DNA of 64,000 nucleotides, taken from Novosphingobium sp. (lineage in GTDB: Bacteria > Pseudomonadota > Alphaproteobacteria > Sphingomonadales > Sphingomonadaceae). The stretch is from NCBI GenBank assembly GCA_035543295.1, contig DASZZS010000007.1, forward strand, positions 13,886 to 77,885. Reading direction: 5' to 3'. Below, in pieces: positions 42,782 through 56,217 of this stretch. The notes below the pieces were generated by a model. That model saw only the letters and a list, made by a program, of their open reading frames with translations. It searched no databases and was not told the origin of the DNA. Position numbers and translations under genes: made by a program. Position 1 is the first letter of the stretch, and the number at the start of each line of letters is the position of its first letter.

Positions 42782-44158
42782 ATGGCCACGCTTGCTCCCG
42801 AAGCCCCGCAATTCGCCCATTGGTCGCAAAGCCAGCCCAAGGGCGCGCTCGACCATATTCCCGGTGAGAACGGCTGGCCGATCCTTGGCAATACCCTGCC
42901 GCTGCTCGCCGACCCGATCGGCTTCGGCACCCGGATGCGCGCAACTTATGGCGACATTTTCCGCAACCACGCCTTCGGGCGCAACTCGGTGCTGCTGTTC
43001 GGAGCGGACGCCAACGAGCTGGTGCTGTTCGACCGCGACAAGAACTTTTCCTCGGCGCAGGGCTGGGGCTCGGTGCTCGACCTGTTGTTTCCGCGCGGGC
43101 TCATGCTGCTCGATTTCGATCACCACCGCGCCGACCGCCGGGCGCTGTCGATCGCGTTCAAGCCGGGGCCGATGCGGCACTATGCCGATGCGCTCAATCG
43201 CGGAATTGCGGCGCGGGTCGCGGAGTGGTCGGGCCAGACCATGCAGTTCTACCCGGCGATCAAGCAGCTGACGCTCGATCTGGCGGCGGACAGTTTCCTC
43301 GGCGTGCCGCTCGGGCCCGAAGCCGATGCGATCAACAAGGCCTTCGTCGATATGGTCCAGGCCTCGGTCGGGGTGGTGCGCAGGCCCTTGCCCTTCACCG
43401 CGATGGGCCGGGGCGTGGCGGGGCGCAAATTCCTGGTCGGATGGTTCACCGCCGAAACGCTCAAGCGTCGCGCGACTGGGGGCGGGCAAGACATGTTCAG
43501 CCAGTTCGCGACCGCTGCTCATGACGACGGCTCGCTGATGCCGGTCGATCAAGTGGTCGATCACATGATCTTCCTGATGATGGCCGCGCATGACACGATC
43601 ACCTCGTCGGCCACGTCGCTGGTCTGGCTGCTCGCCCAGCATCCCGAATGGCAGGAGAAGCTGCGCGCCGAAGCGCTTGCGGTGACTGGCGGCACAGGTC
43701 GGCCACTGGACTACGATGACATGGCCAAGCTCGAACTCACCGAAATGGCATTCAAGGAGGCGCTGCGGTTGATTCCGCCGGTCCCCTCGATACCGCGCCG
43801 CGCGCTGCGCGAGTTTGCGTTCGGAGGCTATCGCATCCCGGCCGGGACCGGGGTGGGGATCAGCCCCTCGGCGGTACACATGGACCCCGAACACTGGCCC
43901 GATCCCGAACGCTTCGATCCACTGCGCTTCACCGCCGAGCTGACCGCCAAGCGGCACAAATACGCCTGGGTGCCGTTCGGCGGCGGCGCGCATATGTGCA
44001 TCGGGTTGCACTTCGCCTATATGCAGATCAAGATCCTGATGGCGCAGATGCTGACTCGCTACGAGATCAGGATCGCGCCCGGATATGCGCCCAAATGGCA
44101 GCCATGGCCGATCCCCAAACCGCGCGACGGGCTCACGGTGACCTTCCGGCCGATCTAA
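42782..44158 (+). CDS. Cytochrome P450
   Basis: The heme-thiolate loop [22 protein letters not shown] (the ExxR region) and an I-helix [11 protein letters not shown]. Confidence 0.9.
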   Translation: MATLAPEAPQFAHWSQSQPKGALDHIPGENGWPILGNTLPLLADPIGFGTRMRATYGDIFRNHAFGRNSVLLFGADANELVLFDRDKNFSSAQGWGSVLDLLFPRGLMLLDFDHHRADRRALSIAFKPGPMRHYADALNRGIAARVAEWSGQTMQFYPAIKQLTLDLAADSFLGVPLGPEADAINKAFVDMVQASVGVVRRPLPFTAMGRGVAGRKFLVGWFTAETLKRRATGGGQDMFSQFATAAHDDGSLMPVDQVVDHMIFLMMAAHDTITSSATSLVWLLAQHPEWQEKLRAEALAVTGGTGRPLDYDDMAKLELTEMAFKEALRLIPPVPSIPRRALREFAFGGYRIPAGTGVGISPSAVHMDPEHWPDPERFDPLRFTAELTAKRHKYAWVPFGGGAHMCIGLHFAYMQIKILMAQMLTRYEIRIAPGYAPKWQPWPIPKPRDGLTVTFRPI

Positions 44159-45006
44159 TCCCTGAGCAGCTCGTTGATCGCGGTCTTGGCGCGGGTTTGC
44201 GCATCGACGGTCTTGACGATCACCGCGCAATAGAGCGACGGGCCAGGGCTGCCGTCGGGCAGCGGCTTGCCCGGCAGCGCGCCGGGGACGACCACGGCGT
44301 AAGGCGGGACCTTGCCGATATGCACTTCGCCGGTCGCGCGGTCGACGATCTTGGTCGAGGCACCGAGATAGACCCCCATCGACAGCACCGCGCCTTTGCC
44401 CACGATCACGCCTTCGACCACTTCGGAGCGCGCGCCGATGAAGGCACCGTCCTCGATCACTACCGGTCCGGCCTGGAGCGGTTCGAGCACGCCGCCGATC
44501 CCGACTCCGCCCGAAAGATGCACCCCCTTGCCGATCTGCGCGCAGCTGCCGACCGTGGCCCAGGTATCGACCATCGTGCCCTCGCCGACATGCGCGCCGA
44601 TGTTGACGAAGCTGGGCATCAGCACCACCCCGCGCCCGATATGCGCGCCGTGCCGCACCACCGCGCCCGGCACGACGCGAAAACCCGCGTCGCGAAAGCG
44701 GTTCTCGCCCCAGCCGGCGAATTTGGAGGGTACCTTGTCATAGGCGGGAGCGCCGCCCGCGCCAAACTCGACCACCGCGTTGTCGTTGAGCCGGAACGAG
44801 AGCAGCACCGCCTGCTTGAGCCACTGGTTGACCTTCCACCCGCCCTCGCCCCCATCCGATTCATTGGCGGGCTCAGCGACCCGCGCCGCGCCCGAATCGA
44901 GCAACGCGAGCGCCTGTTCGACCACGCTGCGGACATCGGCGCTGGCGGGGGTGACGTGTTCGCGCCGATCCCAGGCGGCGGCGATGGCGGTTTCGAGATC
45001 GGACAC
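44155..45006 (-). CDS. dapD: 2,3,4,5-tetrahydropyridine-2,6-dicarboxylate N-succinyltransferase
   Basis: The GTG at 45006 follows GGGAGC. It has hexapeptide repeats ([53 protein letters not shown]). Confidence 0.9.
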   Translation of the reverse strand: MSDLETAIAAAWDRREHVTPASADVRSVVEQALALLDSGAARVAEPANESDGGEGGWKVNQWLKQAVLLSFRLNDNAVVEFGAGGAPAYDKVPSKFAGWGENRFRDAGFRVVPGAVVRHGAHIGRGVVLMPSFVNIGAHVGEGTMVDTWATVGSCAQIGKGVHLSGGVGIGGVLEPLQAGPVVIEDGAFIGARSEVVEGVIVGKGAVLSMGVYLGASTKIVDRATGEVHIGKVPPYAVVVPGALPGKPLPDGSPGPSLYCAVIVKTVDAQTRAKTAINELLRD

Positions 45007-45224
45007 GGCGGAAGCTCCCGGCAGATGCAATTTGCGCGCGCCTATCCCGCGCGCATCCACCCGACAAGCAATCTCCATCGCCCGTGCGAAAAGAAATTGG
45101 CGATTAACCCCTGTCGTGAGACACTAAGAATCACGGAAAGCACTGTGCTTGTTCAGCTTTCTGACATTGAGTCGGCGCTATCGGCTCGCCCATGCTTTGG
45201 GGGAGGGGCTTTGAGGATCCGGGA

Positions 45225-47609
45225 ATGACCAACAAGTCGAAATGGAGTCTGGGAGCGGCGACGCTTTCGTTCCTGTTGGTCGCAGGGTGCGGCGGCGGCG
45301 CGGTGAGCACTCCTGCGCCGACTCCGGCCCCCAGCCCGGCACCCACTCCAACGCCCACTCCCACACCAACTCCGACCCCGACGCCGACTCCCACCCCGTC
45401 GTCGACTTTCCTGACCTCCGAATACAACCGTTCGACCGGCCCCAGCCAGCACGGCGCGATCACCGCGTGGCAATCGGGCACAACCGGGCAGGGCGTGACG
45501 ATTGGCATCGTCGATTCGGGCATCGACACCGACAGTCCCGAATTCGCCGGGCGGATTTCCTCGGCTTCGGCCGACGTCGCGGGCAACCGCGGGCTCGACA
45601 ATCCCGATGACGATCACGGCACCAACGTGGCGATGGTCGCCGCTGCCGCGCGCGACAACACCGGGATCATGGGGATCGCGTTTAATGCCACGATCCTGAT
45701 GCTGCGCGGCGATAGCATCGGCACCTGCGCGATAAACGATCCGGCCGTTGACGACGACGGCTGCAAGTTCAGCGATACCAGCATCGCCATCGGGATCGAC
45801 CGCGCGGTCGCCGCCGGTGCCAAGGTGATCAATTTGTCGCTCGGCGGCTCGGCACCCAATAACTCGCTGCGTGCGGCAATCGGCCGGGCGGCGGCGGCGG
45901 GCATCGTAGTGGTGATCTCGGCCGGCAACGATGGCGCTTCGACCAAGGCCGGAGTCGATCCCAACAACCCCGATCCATTCGCCGCAGGCCTGCGCGCCGC
46001 GGGCAATGGCAACGTCATCATCGCCGGCTCGGTCAACAAGGACAATGTGATCTCGACGTTCAGCAACCGCGCCGGGGTGGAGGCCGCGTGGTACCTGACC
46101 GCGCGCGGCGAACGGGTGTGCTGCGTCTATGAGAATGGCGTGCTCAAGACCACCACCGATGCGACCGGCACGTACCAATATGTCATTTCCGGCACCAGCT
46201 TCTCCGCCCCGCAAATCGCGGGTGCGGTCGCGCTGCTGCGCCAGGCATTCCCCAATCTCACCGCCGTGCAAGTGGTCGATTTGCTGCTGCGCAGCGCCAC
46301 CGATGCGGGGGCTGCGGGCACCGACGCGACCTATGGCCGCGGCATCCTCAGCATCAGCAACGCGTTCGCTCCGCAAGGCGCAACCAGCCTCGCAGGCTCG
46401 GCAAACGTGTTCGGGCTGGGCGACACCACGCTCGTGACCTCGAGCGCGATGGGCGATGCGACGCGCCACGGCTCGCTCAGCACGGTGATCCTCGATGGCT
46501 ACCAGCGCGCCTATTCGGTCTCGCTCAACAACACGCTGCGCGGCGCGCAAGTCGCGCCCAAGCTGGCCAGCGCGCTGGCGATGCAGAGCCGCCACGTCGA
46601 ACTGGGCAACGATCGGCTGAGCCTCGCGTTCAGTATCGACAACCGGGGCCGGGTGGCCCGGATGCCGTGGGTCGGCCAGCTCCAGCTCAGCCGCAGCGAT
46701 GCCGAAGTCGCCCGCGTGCTGGCGGCGCGAATCGTCACCCAGCTGGCCCCGCAGACCAAACTTGGCTTCGCCTTCGAGCAGGGCGCGGACGGGCTGGTCG
46801 CGCAGCTCCAGGGGCGCGAGCAAGCCGCGTTCCTGATCGCCACTTCGCCGCTCGATGACTATGGCTTTACCCGCAGCTCCGAAAGCGCGGTCGCGCTGCG
46901 TCAACAGCTTGGCGCCTGGGGACTGACGCTCAGCGCCGACCGCGCCGATGCGCTGAGCGGCGCCCCGGTGCGTTCGTTCGACACCGCCGCAGAGCGCCGC
47001 CGCCGCGAAGGCACGATGCGCTTCGGGGTCGGGCTCGACCGGCGCTTCGGCGCGCTCGACGCCGCGCTGGGGGCTAACTGGCTCGCCGAGGACCGCACCG
47101 TGCTCGGCGCGCGGCTGCACGATGCTTTCGGGCCGGGCGGGGCGGACAGCCTGTTCCTCGATGCCGCAGCGAGCTGGCGCGTAGCCCCGGGCTGGCGGCT
47201 GGGCGCAGCGTGGCGCGAAGGCTTCACCCGCGCCCGGGTCGGCGGCGCGCTGGCGGGCGGATCGAATTTGCGCAGCAGCGCCTGGGCGCTCGATGCGACG
47301 CGCGAAGGCGTGTTCGGTGCGAACGACAGCCTCGCGTTGCGCCTCTCGCAGCCGCTGCGGGTCGATAGCGGCGGCCTCAACCTCTCGCTGCCGGCCGCTT
47401 ACAGCTATGAGACGCTGACCACCACGCTGGGAACGCGCTCGCTCTCGCTCAGCCCCGAGGGCCGCGAGCGGATTGCCGAGTTCGCCTGGCGCGGGCCCTT
47501 ATGGGAGGGTGCGGCGATGGCCAGCGTCTTCTACCGCAAGGATCCCGGCCACTATGCGGGCCTGCCCGACGATCGCGGGATCGCGTTCAGCTGGTCCAAG
47601 AAATTCTGA
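45225..47609 (+). CDS. Lipoprotein-type subtilisin (S8) autotransporter (NalP/SphB1-like)
   Basis: Lipobox LLVAGC; a (Pro-Thr/Ser) linker encoded at ~45310-45410; S8 triad contexts IVDSGID, HGTNVA and [11 protein letters not shown]; and a C-terminal ~280-aa alternating-strand domain ending FSWSKKF. Confidence 0.85.
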   Translation: MTNKSKWSLGAATLSFLLVAGCGGGAVSTPAPTPAPSPAPTPTPTPTPTPTPTPTPTPSSTFLTSEYNRSTGPSQHGAITAWQSGTTGQGVTIGIVDSGIDTDSPEFAGRISSASADVAGNRGLDNPDDDHGTNVAMVAAAARDNTGIMGIAFNATILMLRGDSIGTCAINDPAVDDDGCKFSDTSIAIGIDRAVAAGAKVINLSLGGSAPNNSLRAAIGRAAAAGIVVVISAGNDGASTKAGVDPNNPDPFAAGLRAAGNGNVIIAGSVNKDNVISTFSNRAGVEAAWYLTARGERVCCVYENGVLKTTTDATGTYQYVISGTSFSAPQIAGAVALLRQAFPNLTAVQVVDLLLRSATDAGAAGTDATYGRGILSISNAFAPQGATSLAGSANVFGLGDTTLVTSSAMGDATRHGSLSTVILDGYQRAYSVSLNNTLRGAQVAPKLASALAMQSRHVELGNDRLSLAFSIDNRGRVARMPWVGQLQLSRSDAEVARVLAARIVTQLAPQTKLGFAFEQGADGLVAQLQGREQAAFLIATSPLDDYGFTRSSESAVALRQQLGAWGLTLSADRADALSGAPVRSFDTAAERRRREGTMRFGVGLDRRFGALDAALGANWLAEDRTVLGARLHDAFGPGGADSLFLDAAASWRVAPGWRLGAAWREGFTRARVGGALAGGSNLRSSAWALDATREGVFGANDSLALRLSQPLRVDSGGLNLSLPAAYSYETLTTTLGTRSLSLSPEGRERIAEFAWRGPLWEGAAMASVFYRKDPGHYAGLPDDRGIAFSWSKKF

Positions 47610-47612
47610 CGC

Positions 47613-49355
47613 CTATTTGACTTGCGTCACCCGCGCGTCGAGCGGCACCGCGCGCTGCGGGACCGCCTGCAGCCACGCCTCGAGCGCGGCGATGTCGCTG
47701 ACCCCGATCACCCTGTCGGTGCCTTTGGTCAGCCCGGTGTAGGTGTCGCCGCCTTGTGCGAGGAAATTTCCGGTGGTGACGCGGTAGCTGGCTAGCGGGT
47801 CGATTGGCACGCCGTTCAATGCCAGCGCGACAATCCGCTGGCCAATCGGCTTCGCCAGGTCGAAGCGATAGGTGAAGCCTTGCGAGGGGATCAGCACTTG
47901 CTGCGGGCCGATTTCGTCGAAATTCTGCTCGAGCACCGCCTTCAGCTCTGCGCCGGTCAGGCTCTGGGTGACCAGTTCGTTGTTGAACGGCTGGATCGCA
48001 TAGAGCTCGCCGAAGGTCAGCGCGCCGTCGGCGCGCGGGTTGAGCGCGCCGGGCGCGCGCACCCCGAACGGGTTGGTGAGCGCGATCTGCGCCCCCGCCC
48101 CGGCGGTCGCGGCCAACTGTGCGTCGGCAATCAGCATCCCGATCGAACCGCCGCTGAGCTTGTCGCCAATGTCGCGCGCGGCCGGTCCGGCGAGACGCCC
48201 GGCGGGGCGTTGCGCGAACTGCTTGGCCGCATCGACATAGCGCGCGACATAGGCGGCGATATCGGCACGCGGCTCGAAGCGGGGAAAATCGTCGCGCTGG
48301 GTCATCGGCCCGCGCGAGGATTCATACGGCGCGCTCTGCACGATCACATTGCGCGCCTGCTTGGCGATAACCCGGTGCGCCACCGGGTCGATCTCCAGCC
48401 GGATGTCGGTCACCAGTTCGCCGTAAACCCCCGCGCTGGTCAGCAGCAGCGGATGCGCCGCATCGCGCGCGCCCCAATCGCAGACATAGGCCCAGTGGGT
48501 GTGGCCCGAGACCACCACATCGATGCGCGGATCGAGCCGCGCCAGGATCGGTTCGATATCGCCGGCAAAATCGGTGCAACCTTGTGGATCGGTGCCGGCA
48601 CGGGTCTTGCCGCCCTGGTGGATCAGCACGACGATCGCATCGGCGCCTTGGGACTTGAGCGCAGGGATCGCGGCGTTGATCGTATCGGCCTCGTCAACGA
48701 AGCGCAGCCCTTTGATGCCGTCGGGCGCGACCAGCGTGGGGGTTTCGCGCAAAGTCAGCCCGATCACCCCCACTGTCACGCGATCGCGACCGCTGCCGAA
48801 ACTCTTGATACCACTCGCGACGAACAGCGGCTTGCCGCTTTCGGTCAGGACGTTGGCGGCGAGGAAGCGGAAGTTCGCGCCCTTGAACGGCTCGACCTGG
48901 CACGGTTTGCGCGCGGTATGCCGGACGCAGCCGCCGCTTTGCTTGCGCAGCAATTCGTCGCGGCCATTGTCGAATTCATGGTTGCCGACCGCGTTGAAAT
49001 CGAGCCCGATGCGGTTCATCACCTCAACCGAGGGTTCATCGAGATAGAGCGAGGACACCAGCGGCGAACCGGAAATCAAATCGCCCGCGCTCACGGTCAT
49101 GCTGTGGGCATATTTCGCGCGGATCGAATCGATCGCGCTGGCGAGGTAAGCGACGCCGCCGGCCGGAACGCCATTGGTCCCGCCCTTGCCATCGGGCACC
49201 ACCACCGCCTGCTTGGGCGGCTCGAGGCTGCCGTGAAAATCGTTGATCGCGACGATACCCACCGTAACCGGAACGCTGGTGCGCGTCGCCATCGGCCCGG
49301 CGCAGGCGGCGACGAAAGAGAGCAACAGGACGGACAGGCGGGAGAGGCGATTCAT
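47613..49355 (-). CDS. Bifunctional metallophosphatase / 5'-nucleotidase (UshA family), exported
   Basis: Start MNRLSRLSVLLLSFVAACAG; NDFHG, GNHEFD and GHTH metallophosphoesterase motifs; and a C-terminal 5'-nucleotidase domain. Confidence 0.85.
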   Translation of the reverse strand: MNRLSRLSVLLLSFVAACAGPMATRTSVPVTVGIVAINDFHGSLEPPKQAVVVPDGKGGTNGVPAGGVAYLASAIDSIRAKYAHSMTVSAGDLISGSPLVSSLYLDEPSVEVMNRIGLDFNAVGNHEFDNGRDELLRKQSGGCVRHTARKPCQVEPFKGANFRFLAANVLTESGKPLFVASGIKSFGSGRDRVTVGVIGLTLRETPTLVAPDGIKGLRFVDEADTINAAIPALKSQGADAIVVLIHQGGKTRAGTDPQGCTDFAGDIEPILARLDPRIDVVVSGHTHWAYVCDWGARDAAHPLLLTSAGVYGELVTDIRLEIDPVAHRVIAKQARNVIVQSAPYESSRGPMTQRDDFPRFEPRADIAAYVARYVDAAKQFAQRPAGRLAGPAARDIGDKLSGGSIGMLIADAQLAATAGAGAQIALTNPFGVRAPGALNPRADGALTFGELYAIQPFNNELVTQSLTGAELKAVLEQNFDEIGPQQVLIPSQGFTYRFDLAKPIGQRIVALALNGVPIDPLASYRVTTGNFLAQGGDTYTGLTKGTDRVIGVSDIAALEAWLQAVPQRAVPLDARVTQVK

Positions 49356-49452
49356 GGGGCGACCTGCGATATTCGGGGACTTGCCTTGTCCTAGCGCAAG
49401 CACCGAAGCGGGCAAGCCTGTCATCGCCGTATCATTCGGCTAAGACAGTTTA

Positions 49453-49496
49453 TTGAAAATCGCCACGGCGCTTTCTATAATGTCTCGCAGGACATT
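49453..49496 (+). promoter_or_regulatory. Sigma-70-like promoter with an overlapping inverted-repeat operator, upstream of the TetR gene
   Basis: TTGAAA (49453-58), a 17-nt spacer, TATAAT (49476-81). The inverted repeat AATGTC-N6-GACATT (49479-49496) overlaps the -10 and the start site. An outer AAGACA/TGTCTT pair lies at 49442-47 and 49497-49502. Confidence 0.5.
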
Positions 49497-49517
49497 TTGT
49501 CTTGGGAGGGTCCCCGC

Positions 49518-50153
49518 ATGGCGCGGCCGCAAACCGATATCGAAGCCGGGCGAGAGCATCTGATCGATCTGGCGATCGAGGTGATCGAGCAGCGCGGCAG
49601 CGCGGGTCTGGCGATGACCGAACTGGCGTCGCGCGCGGGGATGTCGCCCGCCAATCTCTACCGCTTCTTCGACAGCAAGGAAGCGATGATCGAGGCGGTC
49701 GCCGAACGCTGGTTCCAGCCCAAGGTCGCGATCATGGAGGAAGTGGTTGCCAGCGATCTGCCGCCGCGCCGCAAGATGTATGAATTCTATGCGCGCCGCT
49801 TCGTCCACCTCCGCGCGATGTGGCAGCGCGACGCGGTCGCCTTCAACACCTATTGCGAACTGGGGGCCGAGCATTTCGAACTGGTCCGCAGCTATGTCGA
49901 TCTGGGCGATCACTACCTCGGCGTGATCATCGGCGAAGCGATGGCCGAAGGCCATTTCGCCGGACTGGGGGTCGACGAGACGATCAGCCTGATCAACCAG
50001 ATGGTCTCGACCTATGTGAACATCAACATCATGGCGATGCTCATGCCCAAGCTCAGCGAGCAAAAGCTGGCGCGGATCGTCGATGCGATTTTCGACGGGC
50101 TATCCGCGCAGGATCGCGGCGCGATCGGGGTTAGCGGGCTGCGGGCGGCCTAG
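49518..50153 (+). CDS. TetR/AcrR-family transcriptional regulator
   Basis: HTH segment LAMTELASRAGMSPANLYRFFDSKEAMI. GGGAGGG lies upstream of the ATG at 49518. Confidence 0.85.
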   Translation: MARPQTDIEAGREHLIDLAIEVIEQRGSAGLAMTELASRAGMSPANLYRFFDSKEAMIEAVAERWFQPKVAIMEEVVASDLPPRRKMYEFYARRFVHLRAMWQRDAVAFNTYCELGAEHFELVRSYVDLGDHYLGVIIGEAMAEGHFAGLGVDETISLINQMVSTYVNINIMAMLMPKLSEQKLARIVDAIFDGLSAQDRGAIGVSGLRAA

Positions 50154-52161
50154 CTTGCTGGCCGCGCCCGACAATCGGGCCGATCAGCTGCCGCACCGTA
50201 CGTTGCGCCGCGATCGGCCACTGCGGCCACATCGTGCTTTTCGATCCTGGCAGGTGGAATATGACGTTGAGGCTGCGGCGCTGGCGGTCGAGCCCGTCGC
50301 GCACCGGAGTCACGCGGTGCCAGCTTCTGTGGGAGCGGACCAGCAGTGCCGAGGTGCCTAGCAGCGGCGGGATCAACGCGGCTCCGGCGGATTCGTCGCT
50401 GGCGCGCATGATCTCCAGACAGCCGCCATCCGCCGCGTCCCAATCGTCGTTGAAATAGAATATCTGGGTGACGAGCTTTTCCTTGAGGTCCACATGGGGA
50501 CTGAGCGAATGGCCGCGCCCGTACTGGGTGATGTTGGCTTCCATCGGCGCATCAGTCAGATCGAGCCCGACTGCGTCCGAAACCGCGGCGCGGTACTCGG
50601 GGCTCAGCAGATCGAGCGCTAAGGCCAGCCAGGCATCGCTCAGGCCAGCCGCTCCATGCGGTCGACCCGAACCCATCGCAATCAGCGAACGCGCGGTATA
50701 GTGGTAGTGGCGCCCCGGCTCGACCCCGGCGATCGTCCAGAATTTGCTGGTTGGATAATTGGCAGCAAGGCGCGCGGCATCTTCCGGCGTGAACAACCCG
50801 GTCTGGCGTCCCCAGCAATACGGTTCGCTCTCCATCCGCGCGTGCCGGATCGCCGCCAGGTTAAGGATGGGGCAGTCGCGGTAGCGAGCTGGCCGGGCCT
50901 TGCGGAGCAAGCCGCGTAGTTCGTGCCTCGCCCGCCGCATCATTGTGCTTGCCGCGATGCGCGTCTGCACGACCACCGGCGGACGATTGAGGGGAGGCGG
51001 CAAGCCTGGCAGAGTGAGCGACCAGCGCGCACGGTTGGGGGCAAACTTGGCAATTTCCGCGACCCGATCCCAATAGGCAAGAAGCTTCGTCTGGTGCTCG
51101 CGCAGCTTTGGCTCGATGCCGTTGCTGCGGGCCAGCAGCCGCTCAAAATCGGCGGTGTCGTCCAGTTTGGCAACACCGGCAAAACCATCGAGCAGTTCAA
51201 ACTTCCGCTCATAGGGATAGGTCACTCGCGCGACCCTCACACCATAGGATACTGCGGTTATCGCGGCGTGGAGGCTGCTGGCGACGACCAGATCGGCACC
51301 AGCGATGATCTCCCGGATGCGATGCGGCGAGGGCCAGCCGCCTACCCGGTCGGTATCGCAATCGAGGGCGGGAAAGCCTTCGGCCCTGTCGCCGTGACAT
51401 CGGCATACCGGCAGGACCACCATTCTCGAGCCAAGCCGACGTTGCAACTCTGCCAGGATATCCAGATGTCGGGCGATGCGCCGATCAGCCTGGACTACGA
51501 CATAGCCGCCGTCCAGGCCCTGCTCGGCTCGCCAGCGCAGTTGTTCGGGCGAATCCCCAGCCCGCGGCCATAGCGCCGAAAGTCCGAAGGCGGTGTCCGG
51601 CACCAACTCGATCGGAGTGCCGGATGCCATACGCGTAAAAATCGCGCGGGTTGGCTCGTCCCGCACGCCGACCATGGCACTACCGGCGATCAACCGCCCG
51701 AAAATGGCTTCGCGCGAAGAGCAACGGGGCGAACCAGCCCACGCCCCGATCGCATTCCAGACCAGCGGAACAGAGGCCGCTTCCGCGGCGAGGGCGGGAT
51801 GGAGGCAATAGAGGTCTGGAGCGAAAACCCCTTCTCCAAGCGTCACCGGATAAGTGGGGTCGAACCGCACCAGCTGGCCGCCGCCGATCAGCATTGTGCA
51901 CAGCTCGCTGGCTTCGTGAGCCAAGCGAGCGGCAGGAATGACCACAAACGGCCAAGGCTGTGCAGGCGCAGTCGGAGCGTAAGCGCGCAGGGTCACTCCC
52001 GGCAACCGCGTGGTCAATTCGGCTTCGGCGATCAGGGGAAACAGCAAATCGCCATAGTTTTCAACATCGAACGTGCCGACAATTCCCACCACCCTTCCGC
52101 TCGTCGGCCTGACTTCACCCATCACGTTCACAATCCCGGCTGCATAAATCCGCGTCGGCAT
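50131..52161 (-). CDS. Fusion protein: polysaccharide pyruvyl-transferase-like N-domain plus 2OG-Fe(II) oxygenase-like C-domain
   Basis: The N-half has GTFDVENYGDLLFP and VVASSLHAAITAVSYGVRV (pyruvyl-transferase-like). The C-half has PHVDLKEKLVTQIFYFNDDWDAADGGCLEI...SWHRV (an HxD...H facial triad, prolyl-hydroxylase-like). The start is at 52161 or 52122; the longer ORF to 52464 would overlap the divergent GT2 gene. Confidence 0.65.
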   Translation of the reverse strand: MPTRIYAAGIVNVMGEVRPTSGRVVGIVGTFDVENYGDLLFPLIAEAELTTRLPGVTLRAYAPTAPAQPWPFVVIPAARLAHEASELCTMLIGGGQLVRFDPTYPVTLGEGVFAPDLYCLHPALAAEAASVPLVWNAIGAWAGSPRCSSREAIFGRLIAGSAMVGVRDEPTRAIFTRMASGTPIELVPDTAFGLSALWPRAGDSPEQLRWRAEQGLDGGYVVVQADRRIARHLDILAELQRRLGSRMVVLPVCRCHGDRAEGFPALDCDTDRVGGWPSPHRIREIIAGADLVVASSLHAAITAVSYGVRVARVTYPYERKFELLDGFAGVAKLDDTADFERLLARSNGIEPKLREHQTKLLAYWDRVAEIAKFAPNRARWSLTLPGLPPPLNRPPVVVQTRIAASTMMRRARHELRGLLRKARPARYRDCPILNLAAIRHARMESEPYCWGRQTGLFTPEDAARLAANYPTSKFWTIAGVEPGRHYHYTARSLIAMGSGRPHGAAGLSDAWLALALDLLSPEYRAAVSDAVGLDLTDAPMEANITQYGRGHSLSPHVDLKEKLVTQIFYFNDDWDAADGGCLEIMRASDESAGAALIPPLLGTSALLVRSHRSWHRVTPVRDGLDRQRRSLNVIFHLPGSKSTMWPQWPIAAQRTVRQLIGPIVGRGQQARPPAAR

Positions 52162-52278
52162 TGCGCATAACCGCCGGTCCGGAACGGCGCAACAAGACCG
52201 GGCTTGAAGCTTGCCAGCGGGATTAGGCTCGCATAGCGTCGCAGCGCGACTGTCTGGGGCAGGCGGGAGCTGCGACGC

Positions 52279-53271
52279 GTGAATAAATCGAACCCGTCTC
52301 CGACAATCGAGGTGCTGCTTGCGACCTATCTTGGCGCGCAGTTTCTGGAGGCGCAGCTGGAATCGTTGTTGGCGCAGGATCGGCGCGATTTTACCGTACT
52401 CGCCAGCGACGGCGGTTCGGACGATGCAACCAGCGCGATCCTGCAACGCTACGCCGCAACGCATCCGGGATTTCTACGATTGCTGCCATCGGCGGCGTCG
52501 CGGCTCGGTCCCAGTGAGAACTTCGCGCGGCTGCTCGATTCCACCTCGGCCGACTATGTCTTTTTCTGCGATCAGGACGATATATGGTTGCCAGGGAAAG
52601 TATCGGCGTCGCTGGCCCTGATGTTCGAAACAGAGCGGCAATATGGGGCCGACACGCCGGTCCTGGTTCATACCGATCTATGCGTTGTGGACCAGGAGCT
52701 CCATGAACTGGGGGCGTCGTTCATGGCCTATGTCGGCATTGACCCGGCGCGCAACCGGTTCGGCGCATTGCTGCTCGGCAATGTTGTGACGGGTTGCACC
52801 GCACTCGCCAACCGCGCGCTGTACGAACTGGCCCGGCCGATCCCGGCTGAGGCGCTGATGTTCGATCACTGGCTGGCCCAGGTTGCCACCGGCCTGGGTC
52901 GGATCGCATATCTTGCCACGCCGACGGTACTCTATCGTCAGCATATCGGTAACGCCATCGGCGCCCGCCGCAGCGGAACTGCCTCGTTCCTGATGCGCGT
53001 CCGGCGAACCTTGTGGAGCGATACGATCCTCCGCGTGTTGGCACGCTATTCCGTGCATGCCGAGGTACTCGACCGGCGGTACCGCCATTGCCTCGCCCCG
53101 CAGCACGCCATCCAGGCGCGCGCACTGGCAGCGGTATGGGACCGACCCAGGCATCTGCGCTTCCGGAGTCTGGTACAAGCCGGGCTGGTCAAGCCGACCT
53201 TGTCGACCAATGTCGGCCTGTTCGTCCTGTTGTTGCGAGATGGCGCGTCGCTCAGGCATGTTCGGCCTTAA
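52279..53271 (+). CDS. Family 2 glycosyltransferase
   Basis: GTG start. IEVLLATYLGAQFLEAQLESLLAQ...ASDGGSDDAT...FCDQDDIWLPGK, a DxD-containing GT-A fold. Confidence 0.85.
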   Translation: MNKSNPSPTIEVLLATYLGAQFLEAQLESLLAQDRRDFTVLASDGGSDDATSAILQRYAATHPGFLRLLPSAASRLGPSENFARLLDSTSADYVFFCDQDDIWLPGKVSASLALMFETERQYGADTPVLVHTDLCVVDQELHELGASFMAYVGIDPARNRFGALLLGNVVTGCTALANRALYELARPIPAEALMFDHWLAQVATGLGRIAYLATPTVLYRQHIGNAIGARRSGTASFLMRVRRTLWSDTILRVLARYSVHAEVLDRRYRHCLAPQHAIQARALAAVWDRPRHLRFRSLVQAGLVKPTLSTNVGLFVLLLRDGASLRHVRP

Positions 53272-53274
53272 CCG

Positions 53275-56185
<2,911 letters not shown>

Positions 56186-56217
56186 TCAAACCGCGCAGCG
56201 ATTCATGGGAGAGAGCA

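Noticed and set aside
45310-45410. Short tandem DNA repeat, considered as a CRISPR-like or VNTR feature
   Set aside because: It is in frame inside the S8 autotransporter gene and encodes a Pro/Thr linker. It is not an independent repeat locus.
45153-47120. 655-aa minus-strand ORF
   Set aside because: It is antisense to the S8 autotransporter gene. The translation is low-complexity and Arg/Gly/Ala-rich with no domain signature.
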